64,000 bases of DNA from the NCBI RefSeq assembly GCF_000143415.4, contig NW_003314266.1, positions 642,463-706,462 on the forward strand, written 5' to 3'. The notes beneath the pieces are model-generated. The model had not been told where the DNA came from. It worked only from the letters and a program-made list of their open reading frames with translations, and made no database searches. Positions within the stretch are counted from its first letter, which is position 1, and each line of letters opens with the position of its first letter. Shown here one piece after another: positions 52,236 through 64,000 of this stretch. The translations under genes were made by a program, and so were the position numbers. The stretch comes from Selaginella moellendorffii. Taxonomy: Eukaryota; Plantae; Lycopodiophyta.

Positions 52236-54127
52236 TGTGAGTGGTAAAGGGGAAATGCCAGATCTCGCGCTCACAGGTCTCTTGCCTTGCAGCTCGGCGA
52301 TCGGATGATCCAAAGCGCAGGAAAGCAGCGAGCTGGCAGCGAAGCGCGATCGGTTTTCTTCTTTTTCTTTCCTTCTTTCTTTCGCTTCCTTCCTTTGACT
52401 GACACGTTTTGAGCGAGCAATTGTATAGATTTTGCGAGCGGTTGTATAGATTTTGCGAAGGACAATGTAACAATTCTTTCGGACGCTCTAGTTTTCGATC
52501 TCTTTGGTCTCTCTTTCTCGTTTCAGGTCCGCTACATGCAAGTTTAAGGTAAAATCTGTTTGCTAGCTAATCTTCCTTTTTTCTTTCTTTCTTGTAGAGT
52601 GGAGGGAACCTTCTCGAGCTGTCGCAGCAAGAAGAATTCCATGGTTAGAAACCTCTCGCTGCTTTCTTGTGCTTTTTTCCATTGTAGACAGGCACTCTCG
52701 TTTTAGTGAATGCTAGCCTGTTGTTTTTACTCGTTTTATCTCTTTAAATCTCTTTAAAGCTCTGTGGTTTTCTCACACAACCGCTCTTGGCGCTTCACGC
52801 TTTGTTTTGCAGGTCAAGTAGCGTGCAAAATCGCTGAGCAGCGGTGTCATCACGAGCACCAAGCAGCCCTGGAGGAGTGGAGGTGCTACTTTGGCTACGA
52901 TGTGAAAGTGAACAGACTTCTCAAGAATAGAGCGAAGAAATGCCATGGCTAGTCCATGCCTGGCATGGTGGTAAGTTCCTTCGTTTTTCTGATGTGTGCT
53001 TCTTTGAACTTGATATTTCTTGATTCGGAGACTGCTGCTGTACCGAATGAGATGCTGCTGCTGCTGCTAGCGTCACCACAGGTTGCAAACTCTCTTTTCT
53101 CTTTGGATACTTCTCAGGCAGGGGCTGTGATTAGAACGCCAGAGAAGTAAAGACGTCTACCAAACTTATCTAGTACGAGGCACCGAGTGGAGCACCGAGG
53201 ACGAGGTCGAGCACGACTCTTCTCTCTTGTCCGTTGCTGGCGAGAGGTTCCAAAACCACGCCTATCAAGAGCAGCATCACCGTGGATGACTTCGCGGAGA
53301 GAAGTTCTCAGATCGCCAGGAACGCTAGTGACGTCCCACTGGAGGGAGCTAAGAGCGGCGAGCTTGGCACTAGTACGACTACTACATACCAACAGCAGCA
53401 GCAGCGAGAGCAACGAGGGAGGGACGTAGGGTTCCGGTGAAACATCGAGAGGACGCTGGCGAGGCTGCGAGCTAACGAAGTCAGCTTCTCGTGAAGCTCC
53501 TCAGTCTTCATTCCCTGGAAGTCAGAGTAAGAAACAGGAACAAAGGCTGAAACTGACGTCATAACTATAACACGATGCCGTTTGATACGCAAGGCACTTC
53601 TGAGAAAAAGACATAATAATAAGTAAATATAAATTAGAATTCATAATTTTTTTGTATTTTTGAGATTATATATGTATTATAAGAAAATAATCATGGTTTT
53701 GGTATTCATTAATAGTCTTACGATCAATAAAACTAAATTCCTTGTCAAAAATATTTAAAATGAGGAATCATATGTTCCCTATATATTTCTGTTGGAGACA
53801 CTCACATAAAACAAAGTAAGTAAGATAAACTAAAAGAAATAAAAGAATAATTTATATTAGCATTTGTTGAGTCAACAAAAATAAGTTAATTTAGGCTTGT
53901 TCAGTAAAACTATTAAGTTTTCTATCAATTTTTAATTCAATTATAACTTATTCATTTTTAAGTGATTCTTTAGAAAATTTTAGAAATGAAAGTAAACCTA
54001 ACATGTATATGAGAGTAATTTGCTAAGCTTCTTTAGCTAAACTAATGTCATTTTCTTTACAGTTCATAATTATATATCAAAACAAACTCTAAAAAATACA
54101 ACACTTATAAAAGGCATTGGAGAAATA

Positions 54128-54128
<1 letters not shown>

Positions 54129-54190
<62 letters not shown>
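54129..54190. repeat. Compound (CT)n(AT)n microsatellite
   Basis: Directly visible. Confidence 0.95.
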
Positions 54191-54192
<2 letters not shown>

Positions 54193-55219
54193 TGCACATT
54201 GGTTAATTTTTTTTTAAAAAATTGTATATTATGAAAATTATTCTATGTTGGAAAATTATATTATGTATTATAATATTAAACTCTTCTTTGCGAGCTAGAT
54301 GGTAAGGTTGGATCTTTGTGTGAATGGCATAGCCTCACTCACGGTGTACAAATCACTCCAAGGCGCTTTGAGAGGGAGAGGTCTACCTGTTAGACATCCT
54401 AGGCCAGTTATGGTGAGGGAGTGTTACGAGCTGCTCTTCCAAGACATCCTCAAGGAAAACATCTACAGTCTTGCTGAAACTCCAAGGGATGACTCCCCAC
54501 AGTCCCTGATTGAAGACGTTGGACCAGTCCGAGCTCAAGGAACGCGGAAGAAGCAAAAGACAACACGATATCCATGACGGCCACGGCAGTAGCACCAAAG
54601 ACGCAAGTCAAAACGACGTTGCTGCCATATCAGATGACTGCCCTGGACGTCGCTGTTGGCTCCAAAGCACATCAGCAGACTGAATCCGAACTAGTGGACG
54701 ACGCAGCTTCAAGTTCGTATACGACACAGAAGAAGTGAGAGTTTACAACAGTGAAAATGAAGATGGGAACTGCAATTCCCTACTTTTTGGATGCAAAGAG
54801 CAGATATGTCATAGAGAAGGAGATTATGGTTGTTCACGTAAAGTGCATGAGCGAAACACTCATCAGAGAAGCACCAAGGATCCTTCTCAATGAGGTGAGC
54901 CAGCATTTGCAATAATTTTGTGTGCTCACTTATATGTTATGTGCACTTGCAGAGGTCTGAAATGGAAGTGCGAGACGTTCTTGTGCTCCGTAGTGTACCA
55001 CGCCAGAGAAAAGGTTGGCAGGGAATACTTTCTCCTTCTCCTTTCTTAACTAAAGATGCAGGTCCAAGTAGTTGTTTCCAACAGATCTTATGCTTTTTGG
55101 TGGGTGCAAGATCTAAAACAAAACAGAATATACATAATATATACATAATATAGATAATATATACATAATTCAGATGTATGATTGTTGTTTGTCATCTCGT
55201 TATAGAATAATATTACACG

Positions 55220-56821
55220 TTACGAATCGAAGACAGCACCAAAGGCGGGAATTTGCTTGTTCTTGCACACATCGCGGACGGCCTCTGTAAAGGGCGCATT
55301 TGAGACAATGAAGATGGCCTCTGGATGAAACTCCTCGTAATCCAGCAATGCGATCTCCGGCCTGGGCCGCCCCTGCTTGGAGGTGTCATAGATCGTGTGG
55401 GGATGCTGGAACACGCGGTCGCAAATCTCGTCCCCATAAATCTCCCGGTGCTTCTTGGCGATCCAGACGACGTGCATGGCGACGCGATCGCTGCCAATGT
55501 GTGGGAGGATTGGGGCAATTCCAGCCCCAGTGCCCACGCAGATCACTCTCTTGTAGGCATAGACAGAGTACATGAACCCGAGTGGGCGGTGCCACCGGAT
55601 GAACGCCCTCACCGTCTGGTTTTGGATCCCTTGATCGGTGGGCGGCGGCGGCGGAGCCGAGATCAGATCCTCTGCCGAGATGGTACTGTGCTCCTCGCTG
55701 ATCTTCCTCATGCTGGAAGCCCTGTTCATCATTCTCAAGCTCGATGCCCTGCTGAGCGATTTCCTCAAGCTAGACGCACTGCTCATGATCCTCTCCAGTG
55801 GCGTGCACTTCTGCGCGAGCATCTTGGTCCAATCGCCCGCGACGCCGACAATGAGGCCGTAGGATCCACTCTCCCTGTTGCTGAATGCCACCGAGAAGGC
55901 GTGCCACTCGACGAGATTGAAGGAGATCTTCGCAAACGCGCCAGCTCGAGCCTTTCCCTTGATCTTCACCACCACGATGTTTCCCTCTCGCCCGGATCTC
56001 ACCTCCACGTCCTGGCGCTCGATCAGGAACCACGAGTAGAACACCAAGATCAGCGCGATCCCCATGAGAACCGCGCTGCCGATCGCCGCCGCGGACAGTC
56101 TCCACCTCATGTCCGTGAATTCCTTGACGAGGATCGCAGCGAGCAGCACGAGGAGCGTCCACCCTAGGTACCTGTGAACCGTCTCGAAGAGATTGTGGTG
56201 CCGCTCGCGCAGCGGCTGGACCGCCAGGAGCATCATCGCGAGGAGGCCGGCGCAGAGCATCGCGAGGAGCGCGCAATCGACCGGATCGCCGCTGCCCGTC
56301 TCGACGAGGGCGATGATCGCCCACACGAGCAGCATGAGCGCGCAGCCGGTGTGGATGCCACCATTGCAGTGGAGCATCCGGTTGAAGAAATACTTCTGCC
56401 AGGGGATTCGAACCACGGCCTTGTAGAGCCAGAGGAGGACCGTACCGTCCCGGATGGCCACGGTGGCCACGAGGTTGGCCAGGGCCAGGGTAGTGGCCAG
56501 CTCCGCTCGATCCGCGCGCGTCCGATCCCCTCCAAGCACAATGCCCATGCAAGCGATGTTAAGCGGCAAGATTAGCAGCCACCACGCTTGGTGGTGAGTG
56601 ACAATCCCGCCGAAGAAGCGCTTCTTTGGTGGCGGAGGAGATGGTGGCGATGGAGATTTCGTCGCCTCAAACACCGCATTCACCTTGCCTTCGATGCGCT
56701 GGATTGCCGACTCGAGCCGCGAGAGACGATTTGTCACGACCATTTCTCTGCAAATCCCAGACTCTATATCTCCGTTAGCATCGCCTGCAAGGATGATCGC
56801 ATTCTTCCCAGACGCTTCCAT
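55220..56821 (-). CDS. Intronless membrane protein with ferric-reductase-like TM region and FNR-like FAD/NAD(P) domain ('adenylate-forming reductase C-terminal-like' family)
   Basis: 533 aa. GGIHTGC, HHNLFE.VHRYLGW, EWHAFS, VAGDWT, VGTGAGIAP, YDT...GRP, IVSN, terminal FGAVFDS. Confidence 0.8.
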   Translation of the reverse strand: MEASGKNAIILAGDANGDIESGICREMVVTNRLSRLESAIQRIEGKVNAVFEATKSPSPPSPPPPKKRFFGGIVTHHQAWWLLILPLNIACMGIVLGGDRTRADRAELATTLALANLVATVAIRDGTVLLWLYKAVVRIPWQKYFFNRMLHCNGGIHTGCALMLLVWAIIALVETGSGDPVDCALLAMLCAGLLAMMLLAVQPLRERHHNLFETVHRYLGWTLLVLLAAILVKEFTDMRWRLSAAAIGSAVLMGIALILVFYSWFLIERQDVEVRSGREGNIVVVKIKGKARAGAFAKISFNLVEWHAFSVAFSNRESGSYGLIVGVAGDWTKMLAQKCTPLERIMSSASSLRKSLSRASSLRMMNRASSMRKISEEHSTISAEDLISAPPPPPTDQGIQNQTVRAFIRWHRPLGFMYSVYAYKRVICVGTGAGIAPILPHIGSDRVAMHVVWIAKKHREIYGDEICDRVFQHPHTIYDTSKQGRPRPEIALLDYEEFHPEAIFIVSNAPFTEAVRDVCKNKQIPAFGAVFDS

Positions 56822-57164
56822 GATCGCTTAGAACTTTTCTCTCTTTCTTTTGTGAACTTCTCTGGACAACTTAGAGCTTTTCTCTCTTCTTTTTGCGAAC
56901 TTCTAAAGACTGCTCTGGACAGTTCCATGATCCTCGGGCCTGGGAGATTCTTATAGGAACAGATCCTGTATGATCCATGTCGAAGCGCGTAATTGTCCGC
57001 GGCCCTGTTGGTTCCACACGGATATCGCATAAACCAGCGTCGTGTTTTCTGGAGCAATGGACGTCGTCTCTCAGCGGCAAAATAGATCCTTTCCTTTTGC
57101 CACCACTGTGGTGCGAGACCCGACGTGAGTTCTGGACAGGAACCTGTTGGTCTCTTTGGTCCGG

Positions 57165-58460
<1,296 letters not shown>

Positions 58461-58648
58461 TCCCTCTTCGCAAAAACCCTATCTTCCTGGGATGTTATGA
58501 CATGGGGAAATAAAAGTCTCTCTTACCACGATATCTTTCGAACAAAAATCTTTTGCCCCTTAAACCCTGGAAATAGTGTTGTTGTTCTTGGAAGAGCAAG
58601 AAAGAACCCTACGAGGCGGGAAGGGAGAGAAAGGCGCGCGCGATCCCG

Positions 58649-61600
58649 ATGTGGAGCGCGCTACATCGGATGAGGCAGGCGGTAAGTTCTCGATCGTTTG
58701 CTCGCTCTAGCAATGTTTGCGTCGCGGGATTTATTTTGGGATGATTGCAGCGGCAGGATTTTCTTGTTGCCTCGAGATTCCAATCTCAGGGTTTCTCCAT
58801 CGACAATGCATCCAGGTATGCACAAGGAAATATGGATGTTTTCTTTCTTCCTTTCTTCTATGATCACAAGATCTTTGGCAGGAGATTGAGCTGTGGGAAG
58901 CTAAGCACGATGAGTGGAAGCGTTGTGAAGATGAAAAGGAGGCAGAGCTACGTCCCGGTTGATGATCGGGATAAGGAGCATATTTGTTGGTGGCAAGAAG
59001 TAGTTTTTCTTTCTCCTTTTTCCGAGATCTTTCGTTCTCTTCTAACATTGCTCTTTCTGGTGCTTTTCTGCAGCGCATGAACTTGTGTCAAAAGCCTACT
59101 ACCAAAGAAATGATAAAGCTTTTGATTCCGACTAATCTGCTCGGGCTCGACCCCAACTTGCGTCATGGAAGGTTTTATTGATTTTTTCATCGTGTTTTCC
59201 TTTACAACTTTCTCGTGCTTGCAGCTTAAGAGATGGAAGCCTGAACGCTGAGCTACTGGATGCTAAAAGAAAATTTCCTCGAGAAGTTCTTCTGTGTAGA
59301 GTAACTATATTTCTCGTTTTTTATTTACATGGATCCATCGCCTTAGCCTTTTTTGTGCAGATTGGCGAGTTTTATGAAGCGTGCGGTTTTGACGCCTGCA
59401 TCTTGGTAGAGTTTGCAGGCTTGAATCCAATGGGTGGTATACGCGTTAATGCTTCTCCAAGAGCAGGCTGCCCTGTTGCGGTATGATGCTACATTCTAAG
59501 CATTCAAAGTTAGATCCAACGCATGTCTTGATAGAACTTGCGCCAGACACTTGACAATATCACCCAGCAAGGACTTTCGGTGGTGAGTTTTTAGCCTTCA
59601 GGTCAATTTGGTGATGGAGATTGTTTTTGCAGTGTGTAATGGAAGAGGTTCAGGGGGCTGCTCCATCAAAGTATCGGAAAGACAGATTTATTGCAGGGTG
59701 TGTTTTCCATGTCCTCGTTTTTCTTTTCTTTTCCTTCTTTTTTTAATGGCTATCTGCTGCAGCCATGCTCATCCAGGAAGTCCGTACATTTACGGCCTCG
59801 CCGCAGCAGATAGTGATTTTGAATTTCCAGAGCCATGCCCCGTAGTTGGTAACGTTGTTGACGCAGCTTTATTTTTCCTATTTAACTCGCAATTGTTTGG
59901 ATCAGGGATCTCTCAATCGGTGCGCGGATACACTTTCGTCTCTGTTTTGGAAATGATGAGGACGTATACTGTAGAAGATGGACTCACCGAAGAAGCACTT
60001 GTCACGAAACTGCGATCAGTGCAGTATCAACAGCTTTTTCTCCATCGCTCACTAAGAGGAAACTCCTCAGGTTTCTCTTCGTTATCTTTATTATGTTCCT
60101 TCCGTAATAATTATGATACAGGAAGCGTTAAATGGGGATCCTCTGGGGATGGAGCACTCCTGTGGGCAGAATGCAAAGGCAAAGACGTAGAGTGGTTTGA
60201 CCGGGATCCGGTTTCCTTTCTCTTAGATAAGGTGCATATACTAGCTTACTTTCAGCACATATTCCTTGCCATTTTCAGGTTAAGGAGATGTATGACATTG
60301 AGGACCAAGCTGAATTTCGGGAAATTGCAAGGCCGTCGTTGAAAAGGCCTCGGCCAGTTTACCTGGGGACAGCCTCTCAAGCTGGTTAGTGCTGTTTTTT
60401 GAATGCTGTTTGAAAGTTATGTTTGTGCTTCCAGGCATTTTGCCGGTGCCGGAAATTCCGAGCTTGCTGAAAGTTCTTGTACCGTCGGACACCACCAGTC
60501 TCTGCGTCAGGTAGTATACCTTTGGTGAGGTGAATTAGCAACAGCTTTGTGCTTGTTTTGTATAGGTATTTGCGAGACCTGTTATTAAATCCACCGCCTT
60601 ACGCTACAGCTGCGGCTATTCAAGGTGAGAACTGACTACTACATTATATTTATTTTGCTATACTTCCGTTGCAGAGTGTCTAAAGTTAATGACTTCTGTG
60701 AAATGCTCTATTCCGGAGTTTTTATGCGTATCAGCTGCAAAGGTATGACTCATTGCACTTTTATCTCACTTGATTCAATCATCATATTTTGCAGCTGGTG
60801 AAACTAATTGGAGCTAGGGAAGTCAATCATCTTGAATTTTCGCGCATAAAACATCTTGCAGAGGATGTATTGTACATGCATGAGAACAACAGTCTGAGAG
60901 ACATATTTCATTTGCTTCTTGAGCCCACTATATTAGCAAGTGGTTTACAATTGGAAGCTGAACAACTGGTACGTAGCATCGGCTTCCTTTCGACATTGGT
61001 TTAACACATGTTGTATCAGGTGACTGATTGTAAGCAGCTGGTTGATAGAATCAGTTCTGTGATCTCTTGTACGGGCGATCCAGAGCAGCTCATTAATTCG
61101 TACGAACATGTTCCGGATGATTTCTTTATTGATTTTGAATCGAGCTGGAAAGGTCGCGTACAACGCAAACATTCTGAAGATTTTTATGCCGATGTTGACA
61201 AAAAAGCTGCAGAACTCAATTTAGCGGTGAGTTTTTTGTGTGCGTCTGGCTTTTAATGTTACTGTTCAGATTGTAGGCGATTTTCTTCCGGTTTTGGCAA
61301 GGGCAAAGTCTTTAGTAAGATCCTGCTACGGTAATGGCAACGGTGAAATCTGCTACGTTCCGGACCATCAAGCGGTCTGGTTCAAGGGAAAGGGTTTTAT
61401 GCCACTTCTGTGGGGCTCTGAGACACCCGGTGAGGAAGAAATAAAACGTTTGATTCCTGCGCTAGACTCCAAAGGCAAAAAAGTTGGAGATGACTGGCAC
61501 ACCACGGGAAGAGTAGAGTCTGCGGTCATGAGGTACAGCTTAGAGTTGTTCTTTCCTACTTTATATTAATTACTTTTCCTCCAGCTATCGAGAAGCCGCA

Positions 61601-63219
61601 ACTAAAGCAAATTTTGCTGTTGTTAAGGCACTCCGATGCCTTTCAGACGATGTAAGGACGTATCTTAACACAATAATTTTTATTTCCATGTTCTGTGTGA
61701 TAGCCAAAGCTTTTTTCGCGCATGCCAGGTATCAGTATTTTATTTGAATAGCTTCTATTTGCTGACGTTTTACGTTTGATTAGTGAGGGAAAACGTCGCA
61801 AATGGGTGTTCCCTGTTCTTGGTGGTGAACAGGTACTATGTTGTCGTTCTTTGAACTTTCAACTGACAATTCTTTGATAGGAGCCTCTTGTTTTCTCTGG
61901 TCTCTTGCCATATTGGCTAGATTCAACACAGGATTTTGCAATACCAAACTCGTTCGAAATGAGCTCTATTTTTCTTCTTACGGGTCCCAACGGCGGAGGA
62001 AAGTCGAGTTTGCTGAGATCCGTTTGCGCGGCTACTTTGTTGGGATTATGTGGCCTTATGGTTCCGGCGTCTAAAGCTGTCATCCCACAGCTCGACTCCA
62101 TCATGTTAAGAGTGGTTTCTCAAGATAGTCCCTCGGAAGGCAAAAGCCTATTTCAGGTACGTCGCATTCATTTCCGGTCTTCGATAAAGACCTTGACCTG
62201 TTCCCTGCAGATGGAAATGGCAGAGTTGAAGACTTTGTTACTTGAGACAACTCGGAGAAGTCTTGTCCTTGTAGATGAGCTTTGCAAGGGAACCGACGTA
62301 CAGAAAGGGACTTGCATATTGGCCAGTGTTCTGGAGAATTTTGACAGGCTCGGCTGCCTGGGAATTGTCTCTACTCACCTTCATGGGCTTCTAGATATGA
62401 AGCTCGACACCAACAATGTCGTCTTGAAAGCAATGGGGACAAGAAAGGTATTACAAGGCGGGCTACAACCGACCTGGGAGCTCATCGATGGAGAATGTAG
62501 GGAGAGCTTGGCTTTCGAGACCGCGAAAGGGGAAGGTGTGACGGAAGAGATTTTGGACAGAGCCAAGGAATTATACGAAGAGATGCAGAAGAAACATCTG
62601 TCGCAAAGTAAGCCGATGGTAGACGGTAATGAAGTGCGCCATGAAAGTACTCTTGACAGCAACGCAGCTGCGTCATCAGTACCACGCGTCCAAGGTTCGC
62701 AGTTCTTCTGTTTGAATGTGCCATTGCTTTGTATTCGTATTTGGTTGCTATAGGTGCGAGAAATCTGAAGGATCTGGAACAAGAAGTTTTGAGGATCTGC
62801 AAGGACCAGCTGAATGGAACTTTCGTTCTCTCTAGCACTTGTTATTTCGTTGGCGCGCGCCAGCAACCTCCACCCTTCACTTCGAATCACTCTTGCGTCT
62901 ACATTCTTCAAAGACCAGACGGAAAGTTTTACGTTGGACAGGTACCATTAGTATTCCTCTTCTCATGTTTGTGCTGATTGGAGTTTCCTATTTTTTGCCA
63001 CAGACGGATAATCTATCTGGACGAATTGCTTCACATCGTACGTCTATGGGACTAAAGCAGGCACCTTTTTTATACTTGCCAGTGTCCAACAAGAGTGTGG
63101 CTTGTCAGTTGGAGACCGCTCTTATTACACAGCTCACGCAACAGGGATTAAACCTCGTGAACAAAGTTGATCAAAGGCATAAGCATTTTGGGATCAGCCC
63201 AGTCGAGGCTCCATTTTGA
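58649..63219 (+). CDS. MSH1: Organellar MutS homolog 1 with C-terminal GIY-YIG domain, multi-exon
   Basis: FPREVLLCR/IGEFYEA, HAHPGSPY, LLTGPNGGGKSSLLRS, LVDELCKGT, STHLH, SCVYILQRPDGKFYVGQTD. Confidence 0.96.
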
Positions 63220-63354
63220 GCCAGCGAGTCAGCAGTTTTTGCCCGGAGTAACTTACTTATAAGAGATTTTATATACATATTGCGAGCTTCTAAGATTTTT
63301 GAGGTGAACTTTCAAGTTTTTAAAGATAATACACATATTTTTCTTCTTGTATGC

Positions 63355-63579
63355 TCAATCTATCAGCAGTAGTGGTTGCCACCAGATTAGCGGCACCAGG
63401 AGGAAAATGATGAAGCCAACGTTCCAACCGGACTCGTCCCATTGGTCGGTGTTGGGCGCTACATATACTTCCGCTAATTCCGAAGGGGAGCTATCATCGC
63501 AAGTGCACATAAGCTGGACCACCAAGAGCATAAAGAGCGGGACCACAAGAGCTGCGACAGCGAAATCTTGGAGAAACCT
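63355..63579 (-). CDS. 3' exon of a paralog of the 49465-49815 membrane protein (5' end unresolved, probably ~63680-63770)
   Basis: VPLFMLLVVQLMC and GWNVGFIIFLLVPLIWWQP match LVPLFLLLAVQLMS and VIWWQP. Confidence 0.55.
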   Translation of the reverse strand, partial: RFLQDFAVAALVVPLFMLLVVQLMCTCDDSSPSELAEVYVAPNTDQWDESGWNVGFIIFLLVPLIWWQPLLLID

Positions 63580-64000
63580 CTACAGCAGCAGTGCAAATCG
63601 CTCGAGGACGAGTTATAGTGATCCATACAAACTATTTAACCGGAAAGCTTTGAGAAGAAAACTACGCAAGCTCATAGCATTTCTTTTGCAAGCCAACTTA
63701 GAAGACCACGAGGACTCAGAATGAAGAGGAAAAGCAGCGGTGCGTTGGTCGGTGCCGTCGTCGGCTCCACTGACTCGCGGAGAAAAAAGCTTGCTCGAGG
63801 TACAATAGAAAAAAAGGGAAACTAATCAGTGTAAACTAATAGCATTGTTTTCAAGCGTGTCATGCTAGTGGTACATCAAAAGATTTAGAATTCCAGTTTT
63901 TCGGTAGAGCTAATGCAGACGTGAAAGAACTCGTAAACTTCGTTTATGGTTTATCAATTGAACTTCAATTGTCTTCCAGACTTGACTGAGAAACGTTTTC

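Noticed and set aside
50990-53520. Exon-like fragments around the orphan gene (51160-51270, 52810-52950, 53150-53440)
   Set aside because: No consistent reading frame or recognisable homology could be assembled.
55325-56575. Long antisense and alternate-frame ORFs over the oxidoreductase (similar ones overlie the PPRs)
   Set aside because: Shadow ORFs of GC-rich coding sequence.
58649-63219. MutS-GIY-YIG fusion as a novelty
   Set aside because: This is the well-described plant MSH1 architecture.

Overview
Gene-dense plant nuclear DNA with ~50-60 bp introns, ~100-200 bp intergenic gaps and many PPR genes. The style suggests a Selaginella-like lycophyte (inference). The first ~28 kb is a tandem array built from a block X = [PLS-E PPR gene, intronless organelle-targeted archaeal-type P-loop ATPase, PPR pseudogene] and a spacer Y = [decayed Ty3/gypsy LTR element with a nested 1.7-kb solo LTR, plus a C-to-T-degraded Uma2/PD-(D/E)xK-like nuclease pseudogene]. 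The order is X1-Y1-X2-Y2-X3, with a near-perfect period of 11,842 bp. X1 and X2 keep the ATPase but carry a frameshifted PPR; X3 keeps the PPR but has a broken ATPase. The remaining 36 kb is mostly conserved plant genes: two-domain nucleoside hydrolase (NSH3-like), CAND1, a pfkB kinase, a P-class PPR, TFIIF RAP74, fibrillin FBN9, Cpn60-beta, a small membrane protein and a paralog, a PPR relic, an orphan amphipathic membrane protein, a ferric-reductase/FNR-like membrane protein, an At5g63440/CSU4-like DUF167 gene and MSH1. All family assignments come from motif recognition by eye, not from database searches.
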